From Mobula hypostoma (Eukaryota): DNA of 64,000 nt. The notes beneath the pieces are model-generated. The model saw nothing but the letters and a program-made list of their open reading frames with translations, ran no database searches and was not told the DNA's origin. The DNA is taken from positions 178,066,001 to 178,130,000 of the forward strand of contig NC_086097.1 of assembly GCF_963921235.1 (NCBI RefSeq), given 5' to 3'. A program made the translations under genes and the position numbers. This document shows positions 29,003-41,360 of the stretch, piece by piece. Every line of letters starts with the position of its first letter. Position 1 is the first letter of the stretch.

Positions 29003-30824
29003 CTGCAGAATGGAAATGAACAGACTGAGAGCCAAGCTGGAAAATGCAGCCCTGGTCAAAACTGGCTACATCAAACACTTCACCAATGAATTCCACCAAA
29101 ATGTTTCAATAAGTTTCCAGAATTAAGTGGCAATTGATTTAACAGCATTGAACTTACCCAACTGTTTTTACTAATGAACTGGGCTTAATTGGATGTTGTT
29201 TTTGGAACATGTTCCATATGTAATGCCTTGGAAAGAACTTCATTTCAGACTCACAGACTCTTGCTTATGACACTAACTTTGGTTCTACAAGTCTTACCAA
29301 CATTGTGAAGGGAAGTTTTTGAAAAACCAGATTGTTATTCATTCAGAAATTTGGGAAAGAGAACACCATTCATTCCCAAACCAGCTCAAGTGCTTTGAAG
29401 GTTATGGTTGAGATGCAAATTATCCTACCAATTTTGGATCTACACTAAGGGAAGCAAAAGCATAGATCAATCTCATTTTAAAATTCTTCAGCTAGCTATC
29501 AATAAGGCTCCACACAGAATTAGCAACCATGGAGTGAATGGGTTTCCAAATACAGAATGTCCTGGCTCTGATTTTCAGATAATTTTAGGTAATACTTTCT
29601 TGCCCTAGATTCCACCAGCAAAAATACTCCCCTCCATCTATCCCAGAAAGTCATTTCAATATTCTATAACATCACCTTAAGATTCTACTCTCAGGTGGAT
29701 CTAATAAAGTCATGGAATTACACAGCACGAACTGGACTTCTGGCCCAACTCATCCGTGCTGGCCAGGATGACCATTGTTTGAGTTAGTCCCATTTGCAAG
29801 TGTTTGGCTGTATACCCTGAGGCCTCACCTTTTCCTGTACCTGTCCAAATGTCTTTTAATATTGCACCTCTACCACTCTCTGGCTGCTTGTACCATATAT
29901 TCACCACACTGTATGAAAAAGCTGCTCCTCAGTTCAGTTCCAATTTCCCTCTCACCTTTATCTATGCCTTCAAATATTAGACTTTCCTACCCTCGTGATA
30001 TTATGCATAGTTATAAGGTAGCCTCTTACAGTTCAGGGAAAAAAGTCCCAGCTTACCTAGTCTCTCCTTACAACTCAAGCCACCCAGTAACAATCTTGTG
30101 AATCTTTCTTGCACCCTTTCCAGCTTAATGGCATCCCTCCCAAAGCAACGTGACCAACAAGTCATAGAATACAACAGCACAGAAAGACAGCCTTCAGCCC
30201 ACCTAGTTCATGCCAACCTATTCATTTCCCTAGTCCCATCTACCTACACCCAAGCTATATGACTCCAAGCCCCTCCTGTCTGCTGTTAAATGATGGAATA
30301 ATTGAACGAGTACCTCCAACTTCCTCTAGTAGCTCATTCCACACTTGCACCACCTTCTGAGTGAAGAAGTTTTCCATCAGATTCCCCTTAAATTCTTCAC
30401 CTTTCTCCCTAAACCTATGACTGTAGTTCTACTTTCACCCAACCTGAGGAGAAAAAGCCTGCATGCATTCACCCTATCTATACCCCTCAATTTTATCTTC
30501 CCTAATTTTCATGCATTTGTTTCAGGGAATAAAGTCCTAAGCTATCCAATCTTTTTTCTGCATCTCGGGTCCTCGTGTCCTAGCGACATCACTGTAAATT
30601 TCCTATGCAGTCTTTCAAGCTTATTGATACATTTCCTATGGGGAAGTGACCAGAAATGCACATAATACTCCAAATTCAGCCTCCACATGTCTTGTACAAC
30701 TTGAACATCACATTCCATCTCCTGTACTCAATGGCCTGATATGAAGGCCAATGTGCTAGCTCTTTCTATGACCAGAATTGCATGCAACACAATCCTACAT
30801 TATTGAGCCTTTCTACGTAAGACA

Positions 30825-31952
30825 ATCACTCCAGGACGAAGGAGATGTCCTCTTTATTGAAAGAAAGGGGCTTCCCTTCCTCCACCATCAACTCTGCTCT
30901 CAAACGCATCTCTCCCATTTCACGCACATCTGCTCTCACCCCATCCTCCCGCCACCCCAGTAGGAATAGGGTTCCCCTGGTCCTCACCTACCACCCCACC
31001 AGCCTCCGGGTCCAACATACTATTCTCCACAACTTCCGCCACCTCCACCAGGATCCCACCACTAAGCACATCCTTCCCTCCACTCCCCCCTGCTTTCCGC
31101 AGGGATTGCTCCCTACGCGACTCCCTTGTCCATTCGTTCCCCCCCCCCATCCACTCCCACCGATCTCCCTCCCGGCACTTATCCTTGTAAGCGGAACAAG
31201 TGCTACATATGCCCTTACACTTCCTCGCTCACCACCATTCAGGGGCCCAGACAGTCCTTCCAGGTGAGGCAACACTTCACCTGTGAGTCGGCTGGGGTGA
31301 TATACTGCGTCCGGTGCTCCCGATGCGGCCTTCTATATATTGGCGAGACCCGATGCAGGGATGGGAGACCATTTCGCTGAACACCTACGCTCTGTCCTGC
31401 AGAGAAAGCAGGATCTCCCAGTGGCCACACATTTCAATTCCATGTCCCATTCCCATTCTGACATGTCTATCCACGGCCTCCTCTACTGCCAAGATGAAGC
31501 CATACTCAGGTTGGAGGAACAACACCTTATATTCCGTCTGGGTAGCCTCCAACCTGATGGCATGAACATCGACTTCTCTAACTTCCGTTAATGCCCCACC
31601 TCCCCTTTGTACCCCATCCCTTATTTATTATTATATATTCTTTTTCCTTTCCCCCTTTTTTTTAACAACCTCTCTTTTTTTCTCCCTCTGTTCCTCTCAC
31701 TATAACTCCTTGCCCTCCCCCTTTCTTTCTCCCTAGGCCTCCCGTCCCATGATCCTCTCCCTTCTCCAGCCTCATATCCCTTTTGCCAATCAACTTCCCA
31801 GCTCTTAGCTCCATCCCTCCCCCTCCCATTTTCAAATCTCTTACTATCTCTTCTTTCAGTTAGTCCTGATGAAGAGTCTCGGCCCAAAACGTTGACTGTG
31901 CTTCTTCCTATAGATGCTGCCTGGCCTGCTGTGTTCACTAGCACTTTTTGCG
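30825..31952 (+). mobile_element. 5'-truncated Penelope-like element (Neptune-type): RT C-terminus, Cys-rich linker, GIY-YIG endonuclease, pLTR; frameshifted
   Basis: ORFs 30845.., 31126.. and 31340.. give VPLVLTYHP, PCKRNKCYICPY, FTCESAGVIYCVRCSRCGLLYIGET, HFNSMSH and LGSLQPDGMN. These are followed by a pyrimidine-rich UTR and the pLTR. Confidence 0.9.
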
Positions 31953-32149
31953 TATAAATGCAGAAATAGTTGGTGTAAATAGGTGGTTCATAATATGGAT
32001 GGTGTGCAGAATGGACTGTTTTAGTGCTGTATGACGAACTCCTACAAGCTACACACGACTTTATCATATGCACATTTGCTGTCCTCACTCTTTTGTACAT
32101 AGATCCTTCTTCATACAGGGAGGCCATTTTTGTGCACAATGTCAAGGAC

Positions 32150-33367
32150 AAAAATGAAACGGATGTTCAAATGCTGTTCATAGACTTCAGTTCAGCATTC
32201 AACACAATCATTCCTCAGAAACTGATTGGAAAGCTGAGCCTACTGGGCCTGAACACCTCCCTCTGCAGCTGGATCCTAGACTTTCTGACCGGGAGACCTC
32301 AGTCAGTCCAGATTGGAGGAAGCATCTCTAACACCATCACACTGAGCACGGGGGACCCCCAGGGCTGTGTGCTCAGTCCACTGCTGTTCACTCTGCTGAC
32401 CCACGACTGTGCTGCAACACACAGCTCAAACCACATCATCAAGTTCTCTGATGACACGACCGTGGTGGGTCTCATCAGCAAGAACGATGAGTCAGGTGCA
32501 GCAGCTAATGGACTGGTGCAGAGCCAACAACCTGTCTCTGAATGTGAACAAAAGAGATGGTTGCTGACTTCAGGAGGACACGGAACGACCACTCTCCGCT
32601 GAACATCAGCGACTCCTCCATAGAGATCGTTAAGAGCACCAAATTTCTTGCTGTTCACCTGGCAGAGAATCTCACCTGGTCCCTCAACACCAGCTCCATA
32701 ACAAAGAAAGCCCAGCAGCGTCTCTACTTTCTGCGAAGGCTGAGAAAAGTCCATCTCCCACCCCCCATCCTCACCACATTCTACAGAGGTTGTATTGAGA
32801 GCATCCTGAGCAGCTGCATCACTGCCTGGTTCGGAAATTGCACTGTCTCGGATCGCAAGACCCTGCAGCAGATAGTGAGATCAGCTGAGAAGATCACTGG
32901 GGTCTCCCCTCCTGCCATTAGAGACATTTTACGCCACATGCTGCATCTGTAAAGCAAACAGCATTTTGAAGGACCCCACACACCCCTCATACAAACTCTT
33001 CTCCCTCCTGCCATCTGGCAAAAGGCACCGAAGTATTCGGGTTCTCACGACCAGGCTATCTAACAGTTTCTTCCCCCAAGCCATCAGACTCCTCAATACC
33101 CAGAGCCTGGACTGACACCAACCTACTGCCCTCTACTGTGCATATTGTCTTGTTATTATTTATTGTAATGCCTGCACTGTTTTGTGCACTTTATGCAGTC
33201 CTGGGTAGGTCTGTAGTCTAGTGTAGTTTTGTGTTTTTTTTTAATGTAGGTCAGTGTAGTTTTTGTATTGTTCATGTAGCACCATGGTCCTGAAAAACAT
33301 TGTCTTGTTTTTACTGTGTACTGTACCAGCAGTTATGGTCGAAATGACAATAAAAGTGACGACTTGA
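32150..33367 (+). mobile_element. Rex1/Babar LINE, 5'-truncated
   Basis: [38 protein letters not shown] and [20 protein letters not shown] motifs. Tail gacaataaaagtgac. Confidence 0.9.
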
Positions 33368-34618
33368 AGGATACAGTTTTACCAGGGTACCATACAATTA
33401 GAACTTTCCTCTACTATTGTATTTAAGTTGTGCAATATATACCAACTTACTGTTTGCCTCACTGTTAATTTTGTGTACAAGGGTATCACTGTTCTTAATT
33501 CTCACCATTAATAGAATAAAAATTCTACGTTTTTCTTTATTGTTCTACTAAACAGGATGGCTTCACATTTAAAAACCAAAATCAGTTCCATTATTGGTCA
33601 GGCCTTTGAAAAAATCAAACCCAACGATAAAGTGGAGCAACAAAATCTGCTAGAAGAACTCAGCAGGTTAGTGAGGGATAAAATTGGTCCCTTAGAGAAT
33701 CAGAGTGGACGGCTATGTGGGGAGCCAAAAGAGATGGGGGAGATTTTGAACAATTTCTTTTCTTCGGTATTCACTAAGGAGATAGATATTGAATTGTGTA
33801 AGGTAAAGGAAACAAGGGTAGTTATGGAAAGTATGACGATTAAAGAAGAGGAAGTACTGGCGCTTTTAAGGAATATAGTCTCCAGGTCCGGAAAAGATAT
33901 TCCCTGGGACCTTGAGGGAAGTTAGTGTGGAAATAGCAGGGGCTCTGACAGAAATATTTCAAATGTCATTAGAAACGGGGATGGTGCTGGAGGATTGGTG
34001 TATTGCTCATGTGGTTCCATTGTTTAAAAAGGGTTCTAAGAACAAACCTAGCAATTATCGGCCTGTAAGTTTGACGTCAGTGGTGGGTAAATTGATGGAA
34101 AGTATTCTTAGAGATGGTATATATAATTATCTGGATAGACCGGGTCTGATTAGGAACAGTCAACATGGATTTGTGCGTGGAAGGTCATATTTGACAAATC
34201 TTATTGAATTTTTTGTTGAGGTTACTAGGAAAGTTGACAAGGGTAAAGCGGTGGACGTTGTCTATATGAACTTCAGTAAGGCCTTTGACAAGGTTCCACA
34301 CGGAAGGTTCAATTGTTAGGCATTAATATCGAACTAGTAAAATGGATTCAGCAGAGGCCGGATGGGAGACGCCAGAGAGCAGTGTTGGATAACTGTGTGT
34401 CAGACTGGAGGACAGTGTGTAGCGGTGTGCCTCAGGGATCTGTACTGGGTCCAATGTTCTTTGTCATATATATTAATGATCTGGATGATGAGGTGGTAAA
34501 TTGGATTAGTAAGTATGCAGATGATACTAAGATAGGTGGCATTATGGATAATGAGGCAACACACATCAAAGTTGCTGGTGAACGCAGCAGGCCAAGCAGC
34601 ATCTGTAGGAAGAGGTGC

Positions 34619-34654
34619 AGTCGACGTTTCAGGCCGAGACCCTTCGTCAGGACT
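34619..34654 (-). ncRNA. Minimal hammerhead ribozyme (mirror copy, TAF4B sense strand)
   Basis: Exact reverse complement of 34683-34718. Confidence 0.8.
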
Positions 34655-34682
34655 AACTGAAGGAAGAACTCTTCCTTCAGTT

Positions 34683-34718
34683 AGTCCTGACGAAGGGTCT
34701 CGGCCTGAAACGTCGACT
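34683..34718 (+). ncRNA. Minimal type I hammerhead ribozyme (PLE-associated)
   Basis: AGUC-CUGACGA-AGGGUCUCGGCCU-GAAAC-GUC-GACU. Stem I AGUC/GACU, intact core, short stem II, loopless palindromic stem III (ACGU). Predicted cut after C34714. Confidence 0.8.
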
Positions 34719-37689
34719 GCACCTCTTCCTACAGATGCTGCTTGGCCTGCTGCGTTCACCAGCAACTTTGATGTGTGTTGCTTGAATTTCCAGCATCTGC
34801 AGAATTCCTGTTGTTTATGGATAATGAAGTAGGTTTTCAAAGCTTGCAGAGAGATTTAGGCCAGTTAGAAGAGTGGGCTGAAAGATGGCAGATGGAGTTT
34901 AATGCTGAAAAATGTGAGGTGCTACATTTTGGTAGGACTAATCAAAACAGGACATACATGGTAAATGGTAGGGCAATGAAGAATGCTTTAGAACAGAGGG
35001 ATCTAGGAATAATGGTGCATAGTTCCCTGAAGGTGGAATCTCATGTGGATAGGGTGGTGAAGAAAGCTTTTGGTATGCTGGCCTTTATTAATCAGAGCAT
35101 TGAGTATAGGAGTTAGGATGTAATGTTGAAATTGTATAAGGCATTGGTAAGGCCAAATTTGGAGTATTGTGTACAGTTCTAGTCACTGAATTATAGGAAA
35201 TATGTCAATAAAATTGAGAGAGTACAGAGGAGATTTACTAAAATGTTGCCTGGGTTTTATCTCCTAAGTTACAGAGAAAGGTTGAACAAGTTAGATCTTT
35301 ATTCTTTGGAGCATAGAAGGTTGAGGGGGGACTTGATAGAGGTGTTTAAAATTATGAGGGGGATTGATAGAGTTGATGTGGATAGGCTTTTACCATTGAG
35401 AATGGGGGAGATTCAAACAAGAGGACATGAGTTGAGAGGTAAAGGGCAAAAGTTTAGGGGTAACATGAGGGGGAACTTCTTTACTCAGACAGTGGTAGCT
35501 GTGTGGAACGAGCTTCCAGCAGAAGTGGCTGAGGCAGGTTCAATGTTGTTTAAAGTTAAATTGGATAGATATAGGAAAGGAATGGAGGGTTATGGGCTGA
35601 GTGCAGGTCAGTGGGACTAGGTGAGAGTAAGAGTTCGGCACGGACTAGAAGGGCTGAGATGGCCTGTTTCCGTGCTGTAATTGTTATATGGTTAAGAACA
35701 TCTGCAGAAGGAAAGGAACTGTCAATGTCACGGGTCATAATTTAATGCATATAAAATACATTTCTAAATGCCCTCAAAGTGGTAGCAAAAACCACCTCGT
35801 GAACAGTCACATACTGTGCACAAGGCTATTCCTCAATCTTGTTGCTGAGGGTTACAGGTCCCCTCTCCATACAGGCCAGTCATTGGTTTGCATCCAACCA
35901 ATTAGTCCTGAATATTGACAGCTTTGCTCCAGGTCATCATTGGAAGCAAATGCCATTAACTCCAAATTTCTCTCCTCATCCCTTCATTCATTGTCTCTAT
36001 GGCCTTCATTACCAATACTTGCCTCCATTCCACTCTATTTGCCTTTAAGGCAGGCTGATAAACTCCCCCAACTCAGCCAAGGTAACTTAATATTTAACCA
36101 TGGGTCTTGTACACACTAATTTCACTTCACTCTACAGAAAAGTGAGCATAAATTGCACACCATTTGTGCTTCACGCCCTGTGTGGGCTGAGAGTTCCAAT
36201 CAGATAGGGGAAGTGAGGCCAGATCAGCTGCTAATTATCCAGGCACCTCATGATCAAACATATCATTGATGATGAATTTCATAGCACAGAACCAGCCTTT
36301 CTCTTCACCCAATTTAATCTGATGCCATTGACAGATCTTCCTGTACTTTCTCTTATATTTATCCAGCTTCTCCTTAAATGCATTCCTGTGGGAGCAGGAT
36401 GCATAATCTCCCCACTAAAGCTCCTTCTGAATTCCCAATTGGATTAATTAGTGTGTCTTATATATATGGCCCCAAGTGCTGCTATCCCTCACAAAATGGA
36501 TATATCATCTCTACATGTACCCTATTGAACTTCACAATCATTTTGACAAATTAGTGCCATGCCATTATAAACAAGAACTGATATTTATTTATCCTTTTCC
36601 TGGGAAGGTCAGTCTGCACAGGAGAGAAAAACAAATGTATGACCAGCCCATTTTGACATGTGGCAGTCAGTATTCATCAGCTGCTTTAAAGGCACTTGAA
36701 ATAAATAGCTCCTTTTCTTACATTTTACTGATCCTTTCCTCTTTATAAATTATTTCAGCAGGATATCATTGTCACTTTAGAGTTAGACAGCTAAACTTAA
36801 ATGCAAATTAGTTTCGAATTTGAGATCTAGATTGGTGATGGAAATACTCAATACATTGCTCTGAAACATCAAAGAAATATAGGCTTTAAAGAAAAGCTGA
36901 GAAACTTGGAATATGAATATCAAATGAATTCCAGTCTTTCCATTTATAGCTGTAAATGCTAGTAAGATGCTTCACTGAATCAAAAATTTACAGTGAAGAA
37001 AAGGGATCGCCCAGCTAAGCCCATTGCATTCATAGCTGGTCTAAATTGAATTCATCTGCTAATTCAGCCCCCAGTTAAGCAAGAATCATTGTTCTACACC
37101 TTGTATCAGCACCTCGGGCTTCCTGAACCACAATTTACACTTCCTCAGTGGGGAAAGCCATGTCCTCAGCTGCTGGCTCTCATACTCAGGAAACAGCTCT
37201 TTGCACCTCCTTCCTCATTTACCACATTGCTCAAAAAACTGTTCCGTGAAATGTTCCAATTTCTGTACAAAAAAAAAATTAACCTCCAATCCTTCATGAA
37301 GTACTTATCTAATAACACAACAGCCCTTGCAAGACTAAGAGCAGCAGCTTTGAGTACTTTATCTCCCTCAAGCTAAAGAACGGCTTCTGACCTCCTAATT
37401 TCCCTCACACTTTGTCTATCTGTTCTACACTCTCTCTAATTGCAACATTCTATTCTGCATTCTGTTTTCTTACTACTAACTCGATGTCACAATCTCTCTA
37501 GAGGGTTTGCAAAACAAGCACCTTGATACATGGGACAATAATGTGATAAGTCCATAAAACACAGGAGCAGAATTTGGTCATTTGGCCCATTGATTCTGCT
37601 CTGTCATTCAATCATGGCTGATTTATTTTTCCCCTCACTACATAGCATGACTCTAATTTGTCAAAATGATTGTAAAGTTCCATAGGGTA

Positions 37690-38430
37690 AATTGAGATAA
37701 CTTGCCTAAACCACATAGTATTGGCAATGATAAAACAAAAAGATGATGGGGATTTTTACGATACAACTTCAAATAAACATTTGGCAAAGCCAAGAGCTGG
37801 ACACAAGTACTGGGAGATGTACACATCTTATTTTGCTGCAAGGGCCTTCACTATTGTGGTCACAGAAAGGCAAGTAGGACATCACAGGCATCAAAATACA
37901 GGGTGGTGCAGAGAAGTGGCAAGTATAAATCAGAAGTGCTATTTACACGAGTTAATATTTTTATACCACTGCTACTAATAAGAAATGAAATGCAAGATAA
38001 AGATAAAACAGACAAAAATCTAATTTGAGCTGGCAATTTGGAAATGTAAAAAAGCCAATTTTTGAGGTAACAAAAACCATACAAGTTAACAATCATAAGA
38101 CCACAAGACATAAAAACAGAATTAGGCCATTCAGCCCATCAAGTCTACTCCCCCATTCCATCATGACTGGTATATTATCCCTCTCAAATGCATTCTCCCT
38201 CCTCCTCGCCTTAATCTTTGATGTTTTTACTCATCAAGAACTAACCAACCTCCACTTTAAATATATCCAATGATTTGGCCTCCACAGCCATCTGTGGCAA
38301 TGAATTTCACAATTCACCACCCTCTGGCTGAAGAAATTCCTCATCTCTGTTCTAAAAGAATATCATTATATTCTGAGACAGAGCCTTCTTGTTCTGGACT
38401 CTCCCATTATTGCAAACATCCTCTTCATGT
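37690..38430 (+). repeat. Copy 1 of an old direct duplication (copy 2 at about 40630-41360)
   Basis: Shared blocks such as ggacacaagtactgggagatgtacaca and cttattttgctgcaagggc. Both copies run into the same CR1 tail junction (tcataagaccacaag). Confidence 0.85.
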
Positions 38431-39030
38431 CCACCCTATCCAGGCCTTTCAATATTCGGAAAGTTTCAATGAGATCGATTCCACCGACCTCCCCCAACCC
38501 CCGCCGTCCGCCTTCTAAACTCCAATGAGTATGGGCTTAGAAACATCAAATACTCTTCATAAGTTAAACTCTTTCGTTCCTGAGATTATTCTCATAAATC
38601 TCCTCTGGGCCCTTTCCAATGGCAACACACCTTTTCTTAGACATGGGGCCAAAACTGCTCACAATACTCTGAATGCGATCTGACCAATGCTTAATAAATC
38701 CTCAGCAATATACCAATAAGAATTCCCATGAAGAAAACATGCTGGAATTACAGGCAGAAACAAGAGGCATCCAGAAAGTGAACCACCATTTCAGAGACAA
38801 GTGAAAACCATTCTGAGAAGCCTGCACTGGCACCAAATTACCCAAAAGCCACCTACACCAAATTAATTTCAGTAAATTAATTATAGCCCAGCCTACCCCA
38901 GTCTCCTTATGATTTTAATTTCATTTTAGCTTTCAATCTCTTCATAGGTTTCCTTTTCTCCCCCAGTCACCACACCTTCCAATCTCATTATCTGCAATCC
39001 TCAAATTCAACTTTAGATAGCATGACAAAC

Positions 39031-39161
39031 CTTGTACATCATCATTCGATGCTGTGCAATCACGGTTAGCTTTTCCACAAGTTCCCGCAAGTGTTCTTGT
39101 GTCGCATGAGATATGGTGCTCAACACTTCAGAATTCACCTCCGTCACACCATGTTTCTTAC
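39031..39161 (-). CDS. TAF4B: TAF4B coding exon, 131 nt (histone-fold alpha2 region)
   Basis: Acceptor ttgcttctcttctgcag, donor AAG|gtttgt. Translates G-KKHGVTEVNSEVLSTISHATQEHLRELVEKLTVIAQHRMMMYK. EKLTxIAQHRM is TAF4B-like. Confidence 0.95.
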
Positions 39162-39344
39162 CTGCAGAAGAGAAGCAATAACTAATTTATCACTGAGCCT
39201 GCACAATTCCAAATAGCTCCAATAGTTTCAGCACGTTAATATGCTGTAGCCTCCCAAGCTTCAAGTACAGTGAAGGTTGGGTGGCTCACCTCTGGCTGAA
39301 TCATTTGCTATGTGCCACAGATGTGAGATTCTGTTAAGTGACAT

Positions 39345-40068
39345 TTAGAAACCATAGAAACTACAGCACAGAAACAGGCCTTTTGGCCCTTCTTGGCTGT
39401 GCCGAACCATTTTCTGTCTAGTCCCACTGACCTGCACACGGACCATATCCCTCCATACACCTCCCATCCATGTATCTGTCCAATTTATTCTTAAATGTTA
39501 AAAAAGAACCCGCATTTACCACCTCATCTGGCAGCTCATTCCATACTCCCACCACTCTCTGTGTGAAGAAGTCCCCCCAATGTTCCCTTTAAACTTTTCC
39601 CCCCTCACCCTTAACCCATGTCCTCTGGTTTTTTTCTCCCCTTGCCTCAGTGGAAAAAGCCTGCTTGCATTCACTCTATCTATACCCATCATAATTTTAT
39701 ATACCTCTATCAAATCTCCCCTCATTCTTCTACACTCCAGGGAATAAAGTCCTAACCTATTCAACCTTTCTCTGTAACTGAGTTTCTCAAGTCCTGGCGA
39801 CATCCTTGTAAACCTTCTCTGCACTCTTTCAACCTTATTTATATCCTTCCTGTAATTTGGTGACCAAAACTGAACACAATACTCCAAATTCGGCCTCACC
39901 AATGCCCTATACAACCTCATCATAACATTCCAGCTCTTATACTCAATACTTTGATTAATAAAGGCCAATGTACCAAAAGCTCTCTTTACGACCCTATCTA
40001 CCTGTGACGCCACTTTTAGGGAATTTTGCATCTGTATTCCGAGATCCCTCTATTCTACTGCACTCCTT
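39345..40068 (-). mobile_element. Relatively young CR1 3' fragment, about 180 bp upstream of the 131-nt exon acceptor
   Basis: ORF 39516..40031 (LVRPNLEYCVQFWSP, RRMRGDLIEVYKI) and a CR1 tail. Confidence 0.9.
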
Positions 40069-40629
40069 GTTTCATCAATGCCAACATGCTGTGATTAAAA
40101 CCAAGTTCAGGCTGTAATCCAAGATGCTATAAAATTAGTAGCAACACATAAAAAGCTAGATGTACTCAATAAGTTGAGCAACATCTGGGAGTGAAGTGGA
40201 CAGTTGACCCCTAGACCAGATGAAACACCGACTCTACATTTCCTTCCATCAATGCTTCCCGAATCGTCGAATTTCTCCAGCATTTTGCACTTGTGCCTCC
40301 AGGGTGGGAATTTAACTTGGATGCAATGCCAATTTGGTTCGAATACTTTTAATGCAGTTTTAACAACCACAGATCTATAATAACTATACAAATGCCCAGT
40401 ACCTCTAATAACATTCCAAGTTGAACCCCAACTAAAATAAATAGCACATTTAAAATATGCCAAAACTCTTGCCAGGAACATTGTTAGAGAAAATGTGACA
40501 CTGCTCCAAAGTAATAACAGGAGATAAGACAGAAGTTAGTCATAGATTGGTCTAAAACCAGTGAGTTTAAAGACACAAGACAATAAACCTTAAAAATCTC
40601 TGAGTCTAGCAAGGCACAGCTAGTGGCTA

Positions 40630-41360
40630 AAACTGAGATGATAATTTGTCTAAATCACATCGTATTGCAATGATCATACAGGCAGAGGATAGGGATTTTT
40701 TGGTACAGCTTCAAATAAAAATCTGGCAAAGCTAAAGAGCAGGACACAAGTACTGGGAGATGTACACAACTTATTTTGCTGCAAGGGCACTCACTACTGT
40801 GATCACAAAAAGGCAAGTGGACATCACAGACAGCAAAATACAGGTTGGTACAGAAAAGTAGCAAGTATTCAGCAGAAGTGCTATTTACAAGAGCTAATTT
40901 TTTTTTTTAAAACACCACAGGATACTTAACTTGTTACTGGTTAGAAATGAATTGCAAGGTAAATTTTAAAGCAGAACCAACAAAATCTAATTTGGAAATG
41001 CAAAAAAAAGAGTCAGTTTTTGAGTAAACAAAAAATTTATAAGTTAATAGTCATAAGACCACAAGGCATAAAAGCAGAATTAGGCCATTTGGCCCATCAA
41101 GGCTGATTTATTATCCCTTTCAAACCCATTCTCCTACCTTCTACCTGCAACATTTGACACCCTGACTAAAAAAGAACCTATCGACTTAGCTTTAAATATA
41201 CTCAATGCCTTGCATTCCACAGCTCTCCATGGACATAAATTCCACAGATTCACCATCCTCTGGCTAAAGAAATTCCTCATCTTTGTTTAAAGGGACATCC
41301 TCTAATCTGAGGCTGTGCCCTCTGGTTTTAGACTCCCCCCACTATTGAAAACATCCTCTC
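40630..41360 (+). repeat. Copy 2 of an old direct duplication
   Basis: See copy 1 at 37690-38430. Confidence 0.85.

Larger units (their letters stand above)
34556..34814. mobile_element. Penelope-like (PLE) pLTR foldback insertion inside a CR1
   Basis: Perfect 112-bp inverted arms (34556-34667 and 34670-34781) with a 2-nt spacer, then a 33-nt tail (34782-34814). 13-bp TSD ttatggataatga at 34542-34554 and 34815-34827. The arm sequence matches the 3' end of the GIY-YIG element at 30825-31952. Confidence 0.92.
33668..35694 (+). mobile_element. 5'-truncated CR1 LINE (RT), inserted in an old Penelope pLTR and itself interrupted by a Penelope foldback
   Basis: NYRPVSLTSVVGKLMESI, GVPQGSVLGP and KYADDTK motifs. 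The flanks (ctagaagaactcagcaggtta / ggttaagaacatctgcag) rejoin into a reverse pLTR. Confidence 0.92.

Noticed and set aside
34400..34840. Overlapping sense/antisense ORFs encoding near-identical peptides (QHTSKLLVNAAGQAAS...), also at 60066-60468
   Set aside because: A trivial consequence of the Penelope palindrome, not genes.
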